IMG/VR virus record: IMGVR_UViG_3300009068_000048
Location: 1 to 55,272 of that record
DNA from: a virus
Lineage: Duplodnaviria > Caudoviricetes
Reading direction: 5' to 3' (one strand)
Length of the DNA: 55,272 nt
Shown: positions 1 to 9,859 of the stretch, piece after piece
How positions within the stretch are numbered: position 1 is the stretch's first letter
Layout: the number at the start of each line of letters is the position of its first letter
Notes under the pieces: model-generated
What the model was told of the DNA's origin: nothing
The model's input: only the letters and a program-made list of their open reading frames with translations
Databases searched by the model: none
Position numbers and translations under genes: made by a program

Positions 1-264
1 GCCAAGCTAACATATGAAAGGCATATGTGGGCTGAATGCTACGGCGCTGCGCTATCTGCATTGGCCATAAAAGACCGTGAATTGGTCTATACGGTCGATC
101 CTGAGGTGTGGGGATCAAAGCCACATGACTATGCAAGCATTGCAGCTTGGAACCTTGGCATGAAAGAAGCAGCCATTGAACAATGCGAACTAGCCATCCA
201 GTTAGACCCAAATAATGAGCGGTTGCTTGAAAACCTAAAGCTTATGACCGAAAAAAATGATTGA
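1..264 (+). CDS. 5'-truncated protein, TPR-like C-terminus (possibly the tail of a phage glycosyltransferase/TPR protein)
   Basis: Frame is open from base 1 (AKLTYERHMWAE...). It ends in a TPR-like helix pair, AAWNLGMKEAAIEQCELAIQLDPNNERLLENL. The glycosyltransferase link is a recollection of similar phage proteins only. Confidence 0.5.
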   Translation, partial: AKLTYERHMWAECYGAALSALAIKDRELVYTVDPEVWGSKPHDYASIAAWNLGMKEAAIEQCELAIQLDPNNERLLENLKLMTEKND

Positions 265-334
265 TTATCTACACTAGAACATTGCATTGATATTTGGTAG
301 AACTCAACAATAACCCTTATTGTAGCAGGACGCC

Positions 335-1138
335 ATGTCAGCAACACCCAAGACAACGCCGCTCACTTACAATGGCTATGTAACCCAGATCGCCAACATG
401 GCCGTTGTGGGTTATCAAACTGTGACCAATAGCAGTAGCAACCAAATTGTTGTTGGCACAAACGCTGAATTTAATGTCATCATCCCGCAGATGCTAAACT
501 ACGCAGAGCTTCGCATTCAACGCGACTTGGACTTTCTGCCATCGCAAAGCCAGAACACAGTGTACAGCTTAACCACTGGTAACAACCAATTCAGCATTTC
601 TTCAAATGATTTTGTTACAGTGCAGACAATTTCCGTAACGTCTGGAACAGCAAAAATACCTTTGCTCCCAGCCGCAAAAGAATTTTTACAAAATGTTTAC
701 AACGACTCTAGCAGCACTGGAGTCCCAAAGTTTTTTGCCATGTATGGTGGAGATGCCGAAACCAGCGGAAACAACGCTAACAACATCATTGTTGGCCCAT
801 ACCCTAACTCAAATTACCCTTTGACAATTACAGGTACAGCTAGGCTCCAGACGCTTTATCCAACAATTGGTGGTGACGGTTATCCGACCATTGGTACGGG
901 AACATCTTTCATAAGCACAAATCTTCCCGATATGCTTATCATGGCCAGTATGATTTACATTAGTGCGTTCCAACGCAACTTTGGCCGTGAAAGCGATGAC
1001 CCTGCAATGGCTCAGTCGTATGAGGCTCAATATCAGGTCCTCAAACAAGGTGCTGTTCCTGAAGAGTACAGGAAGAAGTTTGAAGGATCTGCATGGTCTT
1101 CAGACTCAGTATCGCCCGCAGCAACGCCGACAAGGTAA
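335..1138 (+). CDS. putative head-tail adaptor / tail tubular protein A-like
   Basis: 267-aa ORF. AELRIQRDL...G.P..FA...IIVGPYP..Y...DML..ASM pattern typical of podoviral adaptor proteins; lies directly before the nozzle-like gene. Confidence 0.6.
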   Translation: MSATPKTTPLTYNGYVTQIANMAVVGYQTVTNSSSNQIVVGTNAEFNVIIPQMLNYAELRIQRDLDFLPSQSQNTVYSLTTGNNQFSISSNDFVTVQTISVTSGTAKIPLLPAAKEFLQNVYNDSSSTGVPKFFAMYGGDAETSGNNANNIIVGPYPNSNYPLTITGTARLQTLYPTIGGDGYPTIGTGTSFISTNLPDMLIMASMIYISAFQRNFGRESDDPAMAQSYEAQYQVLKQGAVPEEYRKKFEGSAWSSDSVSPAATPTR

Positions 1139-1144
1139 TCAACT

Positions 1145-3481
1145 ATGCCTCACGCATCAGTTAAATTAAAACCGGGCGTTGATGTTACCGAAACGCCAGC
1201 CCTGAATGAGGCAGGTATTTCGGAATCAAACCTGATCCGGTTTATTTCTGACCGCAATGGCCTTGGCTTAGTTCAAAAGATTGGCGGATGGGTTAGATAT
1301 TATCCAAGCCAAATGGTGGCAAAGGTGCGCTCACTTTTGGCTTGGGCGGACACCAATGCTATGGCACATCTTGCCGTTGGTACTGAGCGTGTTTCAGGTC
1401 AAACTTACTCAAACCTTTCCATCATTACAAATGGGACATTAGATCCAATTACCCCAACTAGTTCCACAGATAACATTGCTCCGGCAGTGCAGTCAGTGGC
1501 TGGATCAACCATATTTACCATAACTGATGCGACCACAACCGGCATTACGACTTACGATTCTGTTTATATTCAAACACAGATCAGTATTGGTGGCGTAATC
1601 TTGTTCGGCCTCTACCCGTGCATCACAGTCGATAACACGCGTTACGCAATTCAGGCTATAGATGTTTTGGGTAATCCTATTGCTGCCACAACTTCTTCAA
1701 CCTCACCAACAATACCAAGTTTTGCAACTACAAATGCCACAAATTTGGTTACAGTAACTTTAGCCAATCACGGGTATGTAGAAGGTAGCACCTTCCCAGT
1801 TCTTGTTGCCACAACTGTTGGCGGTATTGTTCTTTTTGGAAACTATATCGTCCTTGCTGATGGCCTAACTACCAATACCTTTAAATTCTTTGCCGGAAAC
1901 GAAGCCACGTCAACTAGTTCAGCGACATTTTCAACAGGGGCGATTGCGGCTGGAACAAGCATCTTAGTTGTTACAGGGGTAACTGGCAAAATTGAAGTTG
2001 GAATGACGCTTGGCACCATTACTGGCGGCACTTTTTCCTCATCAACAACGGTCAAAATTGTTAACCAAATATCTGGTACGACAGGCGGTGCTGGAAGTTA
2101 TACAATTAGCCAGACAAACACAGGTGGATCAAGCGCGTCTGTAACATCTGCATCTTTCTCATTAAATGGCGGCAATGCGCGCTATCTTTACAGCTATGGT
2201 ACCGGTGCTCCAATTACAAGCACTGGCTATGGCGTTGGTGGTTATGGCATTGGTGGTTATGGAACTGGCGTTCCCATTACGCCAACCAATGGGGCAGACA
2301 TAGGTTGCGATGATTGGACGTTAGACAACTGGGGAGAGCTTCTTGTTGCATGTCCTACAACTTTTTTCCCTCCTGAAAATCAGGCAATATTCCAACCTAT
2401 ATACATTTGGAGCCCCACGGCAGGGGAGCAGACGGCTGTTGTTATTCCTACTGCGCCTCCCGTTAATGACGGGATGTTCGTGGCCATGCCACAGCGACAG
2501 ATCATTGCTTGGGGGTCAACATTTACAGGTATTCAAGATCCGCTTTTAATTCGCTGGTGTGATGCAAATAATTATAACACTTGGGTTGCTCAGTACACAA
2601 ACCAAGCCGGGTCTTATCGCATTCCTCGCGGCTCAAAGATTGTTGGCTGTTTGCAGGGGCCTCAACAGGGCCTTGTCTGGACCGATCTTGGCCTTTGGAC
2701 TATGCAGTATATTGGCCAGCCATACGTTTATTCCTTTAATGAAATGGGCTTCGGCTGTGGCCTTGTTGGCCACAAAGCAGCCGCAATCATCAATGACGTT
2801 GTTTATTGGATGAGCGGATCTCAGTTTTTTACCCTTGCAAGTAATGGTGTAAAACCGGTCCCATGCCCTGTTTGGGATGTTATTTTCCAAGACCTTGATA
2901 CGACTCAAGTTGATAAAATTCGCGCTGCCGTCAATTCTCGTTTTAACGAAGTGACGTGGTATTATCCAACAAGAAGCAGTGGTGGAGAGGTGACAGCATA
3001 TGTCAAGCTCAACACCGCTCTTTTAGAGTGGGATTATGGCACATTGCCTCGTTCAGCTTGGATCGATCAATCCGTTGCCGGTAAGCCGATTGGAGCAGAT
3101 CCTACCAACCGCTATCTGTACCAACATGAAACATCTAACAACGCTGATGGTGCTGTTATCCCGTCCAGCTTTACAACTGGCTATTACGCCATGTCTGATG
3201 GTGACGTGAAAACATTTGTTGACCAAGTATGGCCAGATATGAAGTGGGGCGAATATGGCGGAGCGCAGTCCGCCACCGTCAACATTACATTTAACGTTAC
3301 TGATTATCCGGGGCAAACGCCAACCGCTTTTGGCCCTTATCCCGTGACCGTAAATACAACTTTTATCACTCCACGCTTTCGAGGTAGGTTGGTTTCAATC
3401 ACAATATCAAGTAATGACCTTGGCAGTTTTTGGCGTATTGGTAACATTCGTTACCGCTTTCAGCAGGATGGGAAGTTCTAA
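1145..3481 (+). CDS. putative tail nozzle / DNA-stabilization protein (tubular protein B / P22 gp10-like beta-propeller)
   Basis: 778 aa, beta-rich. W-containing propeller-like motifs (WTLDNWGELLVA, LLIRWCD, VWTDLGLWTMQY, EVTWYYP), C-terminal QDGKF, and position after the adaptor. Confidence 0.65.
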   Translation: MPHASVKLKPGVDVTETPALNEAGISESNLIRFISDRNGLGLVQKIGGWVRYYPSQMVAKVRSLLAWADTNAMAHLAVGTERVSGQTYSNLSIITNGTLDPITPTSSTDNIAPAVQSVAGSTIFTITDATTTGITTYDSVYIQTQISIGGVILFGLYPCITVDNTRYAIQAIDVLGNPIAATTSSTSPTIPSFATTNATNLVTVTLANHGYVEGSTFPVLVATTVGGIVLFGNYIVLADGLTTNTFKFFAGNEATSTSSATFSTGAIAAGTSILVVTGVTGKIEVGMTLGTITGGTFSSSTTVKIVNQISGTTGGAGSYTISQTNTGGSSASVTSASFSLNGGNARYLYSYGTGAPITSTGYGVGGYGIGGYGTGVPITPTNGADIGCDDWTLDNWGELLVACPTTFFPPENQAIFQPIYIWSPTAGEQTAVVIPTAPPVNDGMFVAMPQRQIIAWGSTFTGIQDPLLIRWCDANNYNTWVAQYTNQAGSYRIPRGSKIVGCLQGPQQGLVWTDLGLWTMQYIGQPYVYSFNEMGFGCGLVGHKAAAIINDVVYWMSGSQFFTLASNGVKPVPCPVWDVIFQDLDTTQVDKIRAAVNSRFNEVTWYYPTRSSGGEVTAYVKLNTALLEWDYGTLPRSAWIDQSVAGKPIGADPTNRYLYQHETSNNADGAVIPSSFTTGYYAMSDGDVKTFVDQVWPDMKWGEYGGAQSATVNITFNVTDYPGQTPTAFGPYPVTVNTTFITPRFRGRLVSITISSNDLGSFWRIGNIRYRFQQDGKF
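1919..2158 (+). repeat. ~240-bp module, copy 1 (copy 2 at 12340-12576)
   Basis: Shares long near-identical stretches with copy 2, e.g. acgacaggcggtgctggaag[t/c]tatacaattagccagacaaacac[a/t]ggtgg and ccattactggcggcacttt. Both encode GMTLGTITGGTF...SGTTGGAGSYTISQTNTGG. Confidence 0.9.
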
Positions 3482-3822
3482 TGCGTTCAGTTTCAGACGT
3501 TCTATCAGCAGCCCAAAATATTGCTACCGGTTTGAGCGCAATATCTCAGGCGATTTTAAACGTAACTGGTGTGCGAAATGTGGTAGACATATCAACCGCC
3601 ACGCTAGTTTTTCCCAACGCAGGACGTGTTTGCACGGTTATAGTTACAACTGCTGGATCTACTACTGGATCTATTTATGATTCTAACACAACAGCGGTCA
3701 CAACTGGAACCGTGTTTGTTATCCCTAACACTGTCGGCGTTACAGTATTAAACTTTCCTGTTGCGTTAGGCATACTTGTGGTTCCCGGCACAGGTCAAAT
3801 TCTTTCCGTTAGCTATTCGTGA
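3481..3822 (+). CDS. small virion structural protein
   Basis: 113-aa ORF coupled to the upstream stop; beta-rich, within the tail operon. Confidence 0.6.
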   Translation: MRSVSDVLSAAQNIATGLSAISQAILNVTGVRNVVDISTATLVFPNAGRVCTVIVTTAGSTTGSIYDSNTTAVTTGTVFVIPNTVGVTVLNFPVALGILVVPGTGQILSVSYS

Positions 3823-3829
3823 GGCCAGT

Positions 3830-4396
3830 ATGCCACTTTCAAAGGGTAAATCTCAAAAAGCCATCAGCGGGAACATCTCCGAAATGATCAATGCTGGCCA
3901 TCCCCGTGACCAAGCTATTGCAGCGGCGCTTTCAACTGCGCGCAAGGCTCGTGCGACAGGTGGAGAAGTAGTTCACACAGGACCGATCCACAGCGCCGTA
4001 GCGGGCCGCACAGACCATCTTCCCATGCATGTGCCGTCAGGTTCATATGTCATCCCCGCAGACATCGTCTCTGCGGCTGGTGAGGGCAATACAATGGCTG
4101 GCTTTAAGATCATGCGCCTGATGTTTTCTGGGAACCCTTATGAGCAGGGGTCACAGCCTTATGGGCAGTCTGACACGCCATACAATGAACCTCTGCCGGG
4201 TAAGGCTGAGGGTGGTGCCGCAACGGTTCCTATTGTTGCTGCTGGTGGTGAGCATGTTATCTCGCCTGAGGAAGTGTTAGGTATTGGGAGTGGTAACCTT
4301 GAGCTTGGCCACCGTGTCCTTGATGAATTTGTAAAACGTATGCGTAGAGAAACGGTGAAGACGCTTCAAAATCTTCCCGGACCTAAAAAGGATTAG
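3830..4396 (+). CDS. hypothetical virion-associated protein with RATGG motif and duplicated G-[S/E]-x-V-I module
   Basis: ATG at 3830 after GAGG. MPLSKGKSQKAISGNISEM...RATGG...GRTDHLPMHVPSGSYVIPADIVS...AAGGEHVISPEEV. Confidence 0.65.
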   Translation: MPLSKGKSQKAISGNISEMINAGHPRDQAIAAALSTARKARATGGEVVHTGPIHSAVAGRTDHLPMHVPSGSYVIPADIVSAAGEGNTMAGFKIMRLMFSGNPYEQGSQPYGQSDTPYNEPLPGKAEGGAATVPIVAAGGEHVISPEEVLGIGSGNLELGHRVLDEFVKRMRRETVKTLQNLPGPKKD

Positions 4397-4398
4397 TT

Positions 4399-4905
4399 AT
4401 GGTAGATAAGACAAACCCGGATGACCTTCATATTCGTATTGGGACACCTGAGGACATTGATGACATTATGGTTGTTGCCATGCAAGCAACTGAAGAGAAT
4501 GGTTTTCTTGACGCAAGTCCAACAAAACTGGTTCAAGAAATTTATCCAGCCCTATGCCAAGATCACGGTATTATTGGCTTGATTGGCCCTAAAGGTGGCC
4601 AAATTGAAGGTATTGTTGTTCTTCGCATTGGTGAGATGTGGTACTCAGACGTGCCTGTTGTTGAAGAAAGGGCTATTTTTATTCACCCCAAATTCCGCAG
4701 CGCAAAAGGCGGACGTGCAAGGCGTTTGTGTGCATTTAGTAAAAAAGTATCTGATACTCTTGGAATTCCTTTAATAATTGGTGTATTGTCCAACTTCAGG
4801 ACTGAAGCTAAGATAAGGATGTATGAAAGAGAGTTTGGGAAACCAAGCGGCGCTTTTTTTCTCTATGGCGCGACAACTGGCAGAAACTCCAGAATGGAAC
4901 ATTAA
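4399..4905 (+). CDS. GNAT-fold acetyltransferase-like protein
   Basis: IRIGTPEDIDDI...GQIEGIVVL...ERAIFIHPKFRS..GGRARRL...MYEREFG matches the GNAT motif A/B layout. Confidence 0.6.
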   Translation: MVDKTNPDDLHIRIGTPEDIDDIMVVAMQATEENGFLDASPTKLVQEIYPALCQDHGIIGLIGPKGGQIEGIVVLRIGEMWYSDVPVVEERAIFIHPKFRSAKGGRARRLCAFSKKVSDTLGIPLIIGVLSNFRTEAKIRMYEREFGKPSGAFFLYGATTGRNSRMEH

Positions 4906-7900
4906 ATGGGCAAGAGATCTAAAAGTACACAGACAATCAGCATCCCACCTGAGGTGCTTGCGCGGTATAATGCCATCAATGCCCGTGCTTCGGCTGCTGC
5001 TGCCAAGCCATTCCAAAGGTATGGCGGGGAGTTTGTTGCGCCACTGACCGAAACCCAGAGATCTGGGATGTCAAACATTAATGCTGCCGCCAATCAGGCG
5101 CAGCCATATTATGCTGATGCCGGTAATGCATACGGCGCTGGCCTTAATCAGGGGCAGGATTATCTTAATTCTGCCACCGGCTATGCGTATCAAGGCGGTC
5201 AGGATGTCAATGCAAGCGACATCAACGGCGAAGCCATTAACAAGTACATGTCGCCATATCTTCAAAACGTTTTGCAGGGCACTGCTGGTTTGCTTAATCA
5301 GCAGAACCAGAATGCCATGTCCGGCCAGACCGGTAATGCTATTCGCCAAGGCGCTTTTGGCGGTGATCGTGGCGGCATTGCCGCTGCAAACCTTCAGCAG
5401 CAACAGCGTCTCGCTGATGCATCGATCTTCAGCAACCTTTTAAATCAGGGTTATAACAATGCTCTGAACACGGCTGTCGGGCAACAGGGTGTTAACCTTG
5501 CCGCGCAACAGGCAAACCGCACGGCGCAGCAACAGACGGCTGACCGCATGGCGGCGCTTGGCCAGCAGGGCTTTAACCAATTCGCAACTACGGGGCAAAA
5601 TGTTGCTGCCCTTGGAACAACTGCCCAAAACTCTGCAATTGCAGGCGGTCAAGCTCAAATGAATGCCGGTCAGGTGGAGCAGGCAACTAATCAGGCTTTA
5701 GACACAGCAATACTTAACCAGTTTAAAGAAGAGCAATCCTATCCATTTCAGACCGCTAAGTTTGAGGCTGACATCGCAGGAAACCTTGGCGCTCTTTCCG
5801 GATCGACAACGACAACAACTAAGCCGGGTGGTTTTGCCTCCGATGCGCGCCTAAAGGAAAACATTCAGAAGGTTGGTAAGACCTATGATGGCCAGCACAT
5901 CTATCGCTATAACTACAAAGGCGACCCAACCACTCAGATTGGTCTAATCGCGCAGGAAGTCGAACACCATCATCCTAACGCTGTCGGTTCCAGCAATAAC
6001 TACCGCACGGTTGATTACGATAAGGCAACAGACAAAGCTGCTGATCGCGGCCATTTCTATGCTGGCGGTTTGGTAAACAGCATGGGTGGCAGCGTAAACC
6101 CCATGCAGGCCGGTCAAGGCTTTGCAGATGGCGGCTTGGCTGGCGTTGATCCTGCATACATGGCTGAGTTGTATAGGCAGCTTCATGCAATTGCCGCAGG
6201 ACGTGGCATTAATGGGATGCAGGGCATTCCTACACAGGATTCTCAAGCTCGTGAATTGATGATCGCGAGAAGCTTGCAAGAAGATCCCTCTAATGAAGCC
6301 GCTGATGCTGCCAATGCCATTGATTCATTTGCCAATCTTGGCAGAACCGTTGGCGTTTTGGATAAGCAAGAGAAAGCTTTCGGCGGCGAGATTGAGGACC
6401 TTGAAGCTAAAAAGCGGGAAGAAGAAACTGGTCTTGCAAGGGCTGCTTTGGAAGCAAGTAAGCCAGAACCTACAGGTCTCGCCGCTCAACCGAATGCTAA
6501 TAACGGCTCAATGGCACCGGTCAAAATCGACGCACCAAAAGCAGAAATGAAATTTGGAGAAAGAACGCCCGCGCAAAAGCTTGCTGTGGCTAGTGGTTCC
6601 GTTGAGCCAACCAACTCTGGTTCTGAATCATTAAAAGACCTTGGCCAAATTGTAAAAATTGCGTCTAGCATTGCGGGCATGATGAACCAAGGCGGTCGCA
6701 TTCACCGCGACATGGGCGGTTCGCTGCCTTATTCCAATGGCGACAGCATTGTTCCGGAATCAAATTCACAACCGCGCCAACTTATGACCGCCCAAGGTGA
6801 TGGCGGCGGTGGCGGTGGTGGAACTGGGAAGGCTATCGGCCAAGTGGCAGGATTGGCTTCCAGCCTTATTCCCGGTGGCGGAATTGTTAAGAAGGGCCTT
6901 GGCGCGATTGGCAAGATCTTCTCTGATGAGCGCATGAAGGAAAACATTCGCCCAATCGGTGAGCTTTTTGATGGCCAGAAGGTTCATAGCTTTAATTATA
7001 AGGGCGACCCGCGCACTCAGATTGGTCTGATCGCGCAAGAGGTCGAGCATCACAGGCCTCATGCTGTCGATCATGATCATGGCATGAAGACCGTTGATTA
7101 TCATGACGCAACGCAGCATGCTATGCGCCGTGGCCATTTTGCTGAAGGCGGAATGCCTGAAGAGGAAATTGTCAGCCCCGGCCTTGTTGCCATCCGCCGC
7201 AAACTTAATCCGCTTGCTGCAAAGATGGCTAATTTCCCAGATCGTCTTGATCAGGAACGCTATTTCAATCTGCATAATTTGCACGATGAAAATCAGGGCC
7301 TTGGTGCCGCTGATGCATCGCCTCCACCCGCTGAAAATATGCTTGAGCGCGGGCCTATGGCACCCAATGAAACCGCGCCTAAGAAAATTATGGCTAAGGC
7401 GCAAGCCACAAAACCGGGTACCCCAAAGATGCCTTCTAAGCTTGCTGAAGCTGGTCTTAATGCGCCTATGGAAGGCGCACCATTGCCAACAGGCATCACT
7501 CAAATTGCGCGCCTTATCCATGCTGGTGAGGGCACGGGCAAGAACCCTTCGTCTTCAGCAAAAGGTCCATATCAATTTATTGACAGCACATTTGTTGGAG
7601 AATTCCGCAAAAACTATCCTGACCGTGCAAAAGGTATGTCCGACCGTGAGATCGTTAACCTAAAGCACAGCCCAGAAGGAGCCTCAATTAGTTCGGAAAT
7701 GGGCCCAAGGTTTATTGCAAACAACGCCAAAATTATTGAGCGTGGTGGACACCGGGCGGATGCCGGTAACGTGTATCTTGCCCACTTCTTAGGCCCAGAT
7801 ACCGCTGTCAAAGTGCTTAACGCCGATCCAAGCGCGCCAATAAGCCGGTATGTTAGCCAAGAGGCAATTAATGCTAACCCACCACTGCGAAAGAACCCAA

Positions 7901-9849
7901 CTGTCGGTGGCGCTATTAATTGGGCGCATAATTACATGGGGCAGCAGGCAAAGCGCCTGAGCCGCCAAGAACGCGCATTAGGCGGTCTTGCTGGCCGTGA
8001 TGGCTATCAGGATGCGGGCGCTGTTACGCCAACCTATTCACAATCGCAGCAAGAGCAAATTGATTTTGAAGAAAACAAACGCAAAGAGGCGGAAAAAGCT
8101 GATCTCCAAAGGGCTATGCAAGGTATAGAATTTAAAGACATTATACCAGCACCCGGAATGGGTGGGCTTAAACCAGAAGCAATAAAGCCTATGCAAGCAG
8201 GTTTAGCCGCGCAAATACCCACGGCCACACCAGAGCAACTGGCACGGCTAACTGTTGATAAGCCAGACCCTGTTGCCTCTAAGCTTCTTGGAAAACCTAA
8301 CGTTGCTGGCGTGCCATCTATTGCGCCGGGTCTTGTTGGTGCAAACCCTAACTTGGTAGCAAATAAGGGTGCTATTGGTCCGGCTTCTAATGTTGCTGGT
8401 ACGCCACCTGTAGCAGGGTTAGCCCGTACCTCAGCGCCTGAAAAGAAGATCAAGCCAGCCTATGATCCCAGCACAAAGAAATTTTTTCCACGCCTCTTTC
8501 ATGGTGAAACTGACGCCGTGCTTGCTGCGTTGCAGGGCCTTGCTGCTTTTGGCACTGCGCCAACAGAAAACCTTGGCGTAGCATTGGCATCTGGCCTTGG
8601 CGCTGGGGCGCAGGCATTCCAAGGGCAGCGCGCATTTGAGCTTGAAGGCCGTAAGACGGCTGCTCAGGAAATGCAAGCCCGTGCGACAGAGCAGCAGGCC
8701 GCGAACGGCGCAATTGAGGCCAAGGCAGCTTGGCAAAATGCAATGACCCAAGGTGCGAATACGTTGAAGATCTGGGTTGAGTACGCCCGCAATGCAATTA
8801 ACGCATTAGATGCTTTGGGCAAAAAGGACCCAGATCTTAATCGCCTGTACGACCAAGCATTGGCAAAAATGAACCAGTTTAACCTTGCTGGAGAAGTGCC
8901 AAATACAGGCACTAATGCGTCAGGTGCATCACCGACTGCTCCGGCGACTGGCGCTGCCACGCCATCACCGGATGGTGCCCCTGCCACTGCTCCTTCGCCA
9001 ACTGAGCCCAAGGGGCCAGTTACTATGGGCGCAATTGATTATAATGCAGATGAGGCAACTTTGCGTAAACAGGCCAATGCCTTGATGCTGGCAGGAGAGA
9101 CTGAACTGGCTAATGCTGTGCTTTCATATACAGACAAGAAATTCCCACCTGAAGCGTTGGGTGCGGAAGCACTTGAGGCCGCAACGGTTGGCGCACAAGA
9201 ACTCACGCGACTTGGTGAGCAAGCGCAGAAGAACAACAATGCGCTAGTGACCTTGAAAGAATTTGAAAAAGCGGTTGACCAGCTTCCAGCCGGATTCCAA
9301 GGTCCTTTTGCAGACCAAATTGTTAAATACGGCGCTTCCCTCAATCAAATTTCAGCAGCTTTCGGGCTTCCGGCATTTTTTGATCCAAATAAAATTGCAA
9401 GTGCTGAAGATGCACAAAAGTCAGCTAACCGTCTTCGTGATGCCTTAACAGCCGGATTTATTGGCACTGCGGGCTACAAGGTTATGGAACAGTTTGTTGG
9501 TTCAAGCCCCAATCTGTTAAACACAGAACAGGGTGCAAGACGTCTGATCTCTGGTGTGCGGCAGGCAAATAAAGCCGCTGATGCAGAGTATCAATTTGGC
9601 ATTAACTATAAGGGCAATCCACGCCAACGTGGAGTTGCATTTAGGGAAACATACCCACCGCAGTACTGGGTAGACCGCAGCAAGGCCGACTTCTATTTCA
9701 GCAACAATAAAAAGCTTGCGGATCAAATTAGGGCCAACCCAAGCCTTAAATTTAACATTGGAAATCAAACCGCACGTCAATATTTTGATAAAAACTACAG
9801 GAGCATTGGCGGAGCCGCTGGTGTTCTCAACTTAGTTAACGGAATGTAA
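4906..9849 (+). CDS. large internal virion/ejection protein with two peptidase S74 (intramolecular chaperone) domains and a lytic transglycosylase-like domain
   Basis: 1647 aa. Q/A/G-rich N-terminus like DNA-pilot proteins. SDARLKENI...GLIAQEVE at ~5839 and SDERMKENI...GLIAQEVE at ~6922. HAGEG..KNPSSSAKGPYQFIDSTF...YLAHFLG lysozyme/SLT-like motifs at ~7500-7950. Confidence 0.8.
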   Translation: MGKRSKSTQTISIPPEVLARYNAINARASAAAAKPFQRYGGEFVAPLTETQRSGMSNINAAANQAQPYYADAGNAYGAGLNQGQDYLNSATGYAYQGGQDVNASDINGEAINKYMSPYLQNVLQGTAGLLNQQNQNAMSGQTGNAIRQGAFGGDRGGIAAANLQQQQRLADASIFSNLLNQGYNNALNTAVGQQGVNLAAQQANRTAQQQTADRMAALGQQGFNQFATTGQNVAALGTTAQNSAIAGGQAQMNAGQVEQATNQALDTAILNQFKEEQSYPFQTAKFEADIAGNLGALSGSTTTTTKPGGFASDARLKENIQKVGKTYDGQHIYRYNYKGDPTTQIGLIAQEVEHHHPNAVGSSNNYRTVDYDKATDKAADRGHFYAGGLVNSMGGSVNPMQAGQGFADGGLAGVDPAYMAELYRQLHAIAAGRGINGMQGIPTQDSQARELMIARSLQEDPSNEAADAANAIDSFANLGRTVGVLDKQEKAFGGEIEDLEAKKREEETGLARAALEASKPEPTGLAAQPNANNGSMAPVKIDAPKAEMKFGERTPAQKLAVASGSVEPTNSGSESLKDLGQIVKIASSIAGMMNQGGRIHRDMGGSLPYSNGDSIVPESNSQPRQLMTAQGDGGGGGGGTGKAIGQVAGLASSLIPGGGIVKKGLGAIGKIFSDERMKENIRPIGELFDGQKVHSFNYKGDPRTQIGLIAQEVEHHRPHAVDHDHGMKTVDYHDATQHAMRRGHFAEGGMPEEEIVSPGLVAIRRKLNPLAAKMANFPDRLDQERYFNLHNLHDENQGLGAADASPPPAENMLERGPMAPNETAPKKIMAKAQATKPGTPKMPSKLAEAGLNAPMEGAPLPTGITQIARLIHAGEGTGKNPSSSAKGPYQFIDSTFVGEFRKNYPDRAKGMSDREIVNLKHSPEGASISSEMGPRFIANNAKIIERGGHRADAGNVYLAHFLGPDTAVKVLNADPSAPISRYVSQEAINANPPLRKNPTVGGAINWAHNYMGQQAKRLSRQERALGGLAGRDGYQDAGAVTPTYSQSQQEQIDFEENKRKEAEKADLQRAMQGIEFKDIIPAPGMGGLKPEAIKPMQAGLAAQIPTATPEQLARLTVDKPDPVASKLLGKPNVAGVPSIAPGLVGANPNLVANKGAIGPASNVAGTPPVAGLARTSAPEKKIKPAYDPSTKKFFPRLFHGETDAVLAALQGLAAFGTAPTENLGVALASGLGAGAQAFQGQRAFELEGRKTAAQEMQARATEQQAANGAIEAKAAWQNAMTQGANTLKIWVEYARNAINALDALGKKDPDLNRLYDQALAKMNQFNLAGEVPNTGTNASGASPTAPATGAATPSPDGAPATAPSPTEPKGPVTMGAIDYNADEATLRKQANALMLAGETELANAVLSYTDKKFPPEALGAEALEAATVGAQELTRLGEQAQKNNNALVTLKEFEKAVDQLPAGFQGPFADQIVKYGASLNQISAAFGLPAFFDPNKIASAEDAQKSANRLRDALTAGFIGTAGYKVMEQFVGSSPNLLNTEQGARRLISGVRQANKAADAEYQFGINYKGNPRQRGVAFRETYPPQYWVDRSKADFYFSNNKKLADQIRANPSLKFNIGNQTARQYFDKNYRSIGGAAGVLNLVNGM

Positions 9850-9859
9850 GGAATTAAGC

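Noticed and set aside
5839-7152. Inteins in the ejection protein
   Set aside because: No Hint-domain C/S...HN motifs; the segments match S74 chaperone motifs instead.
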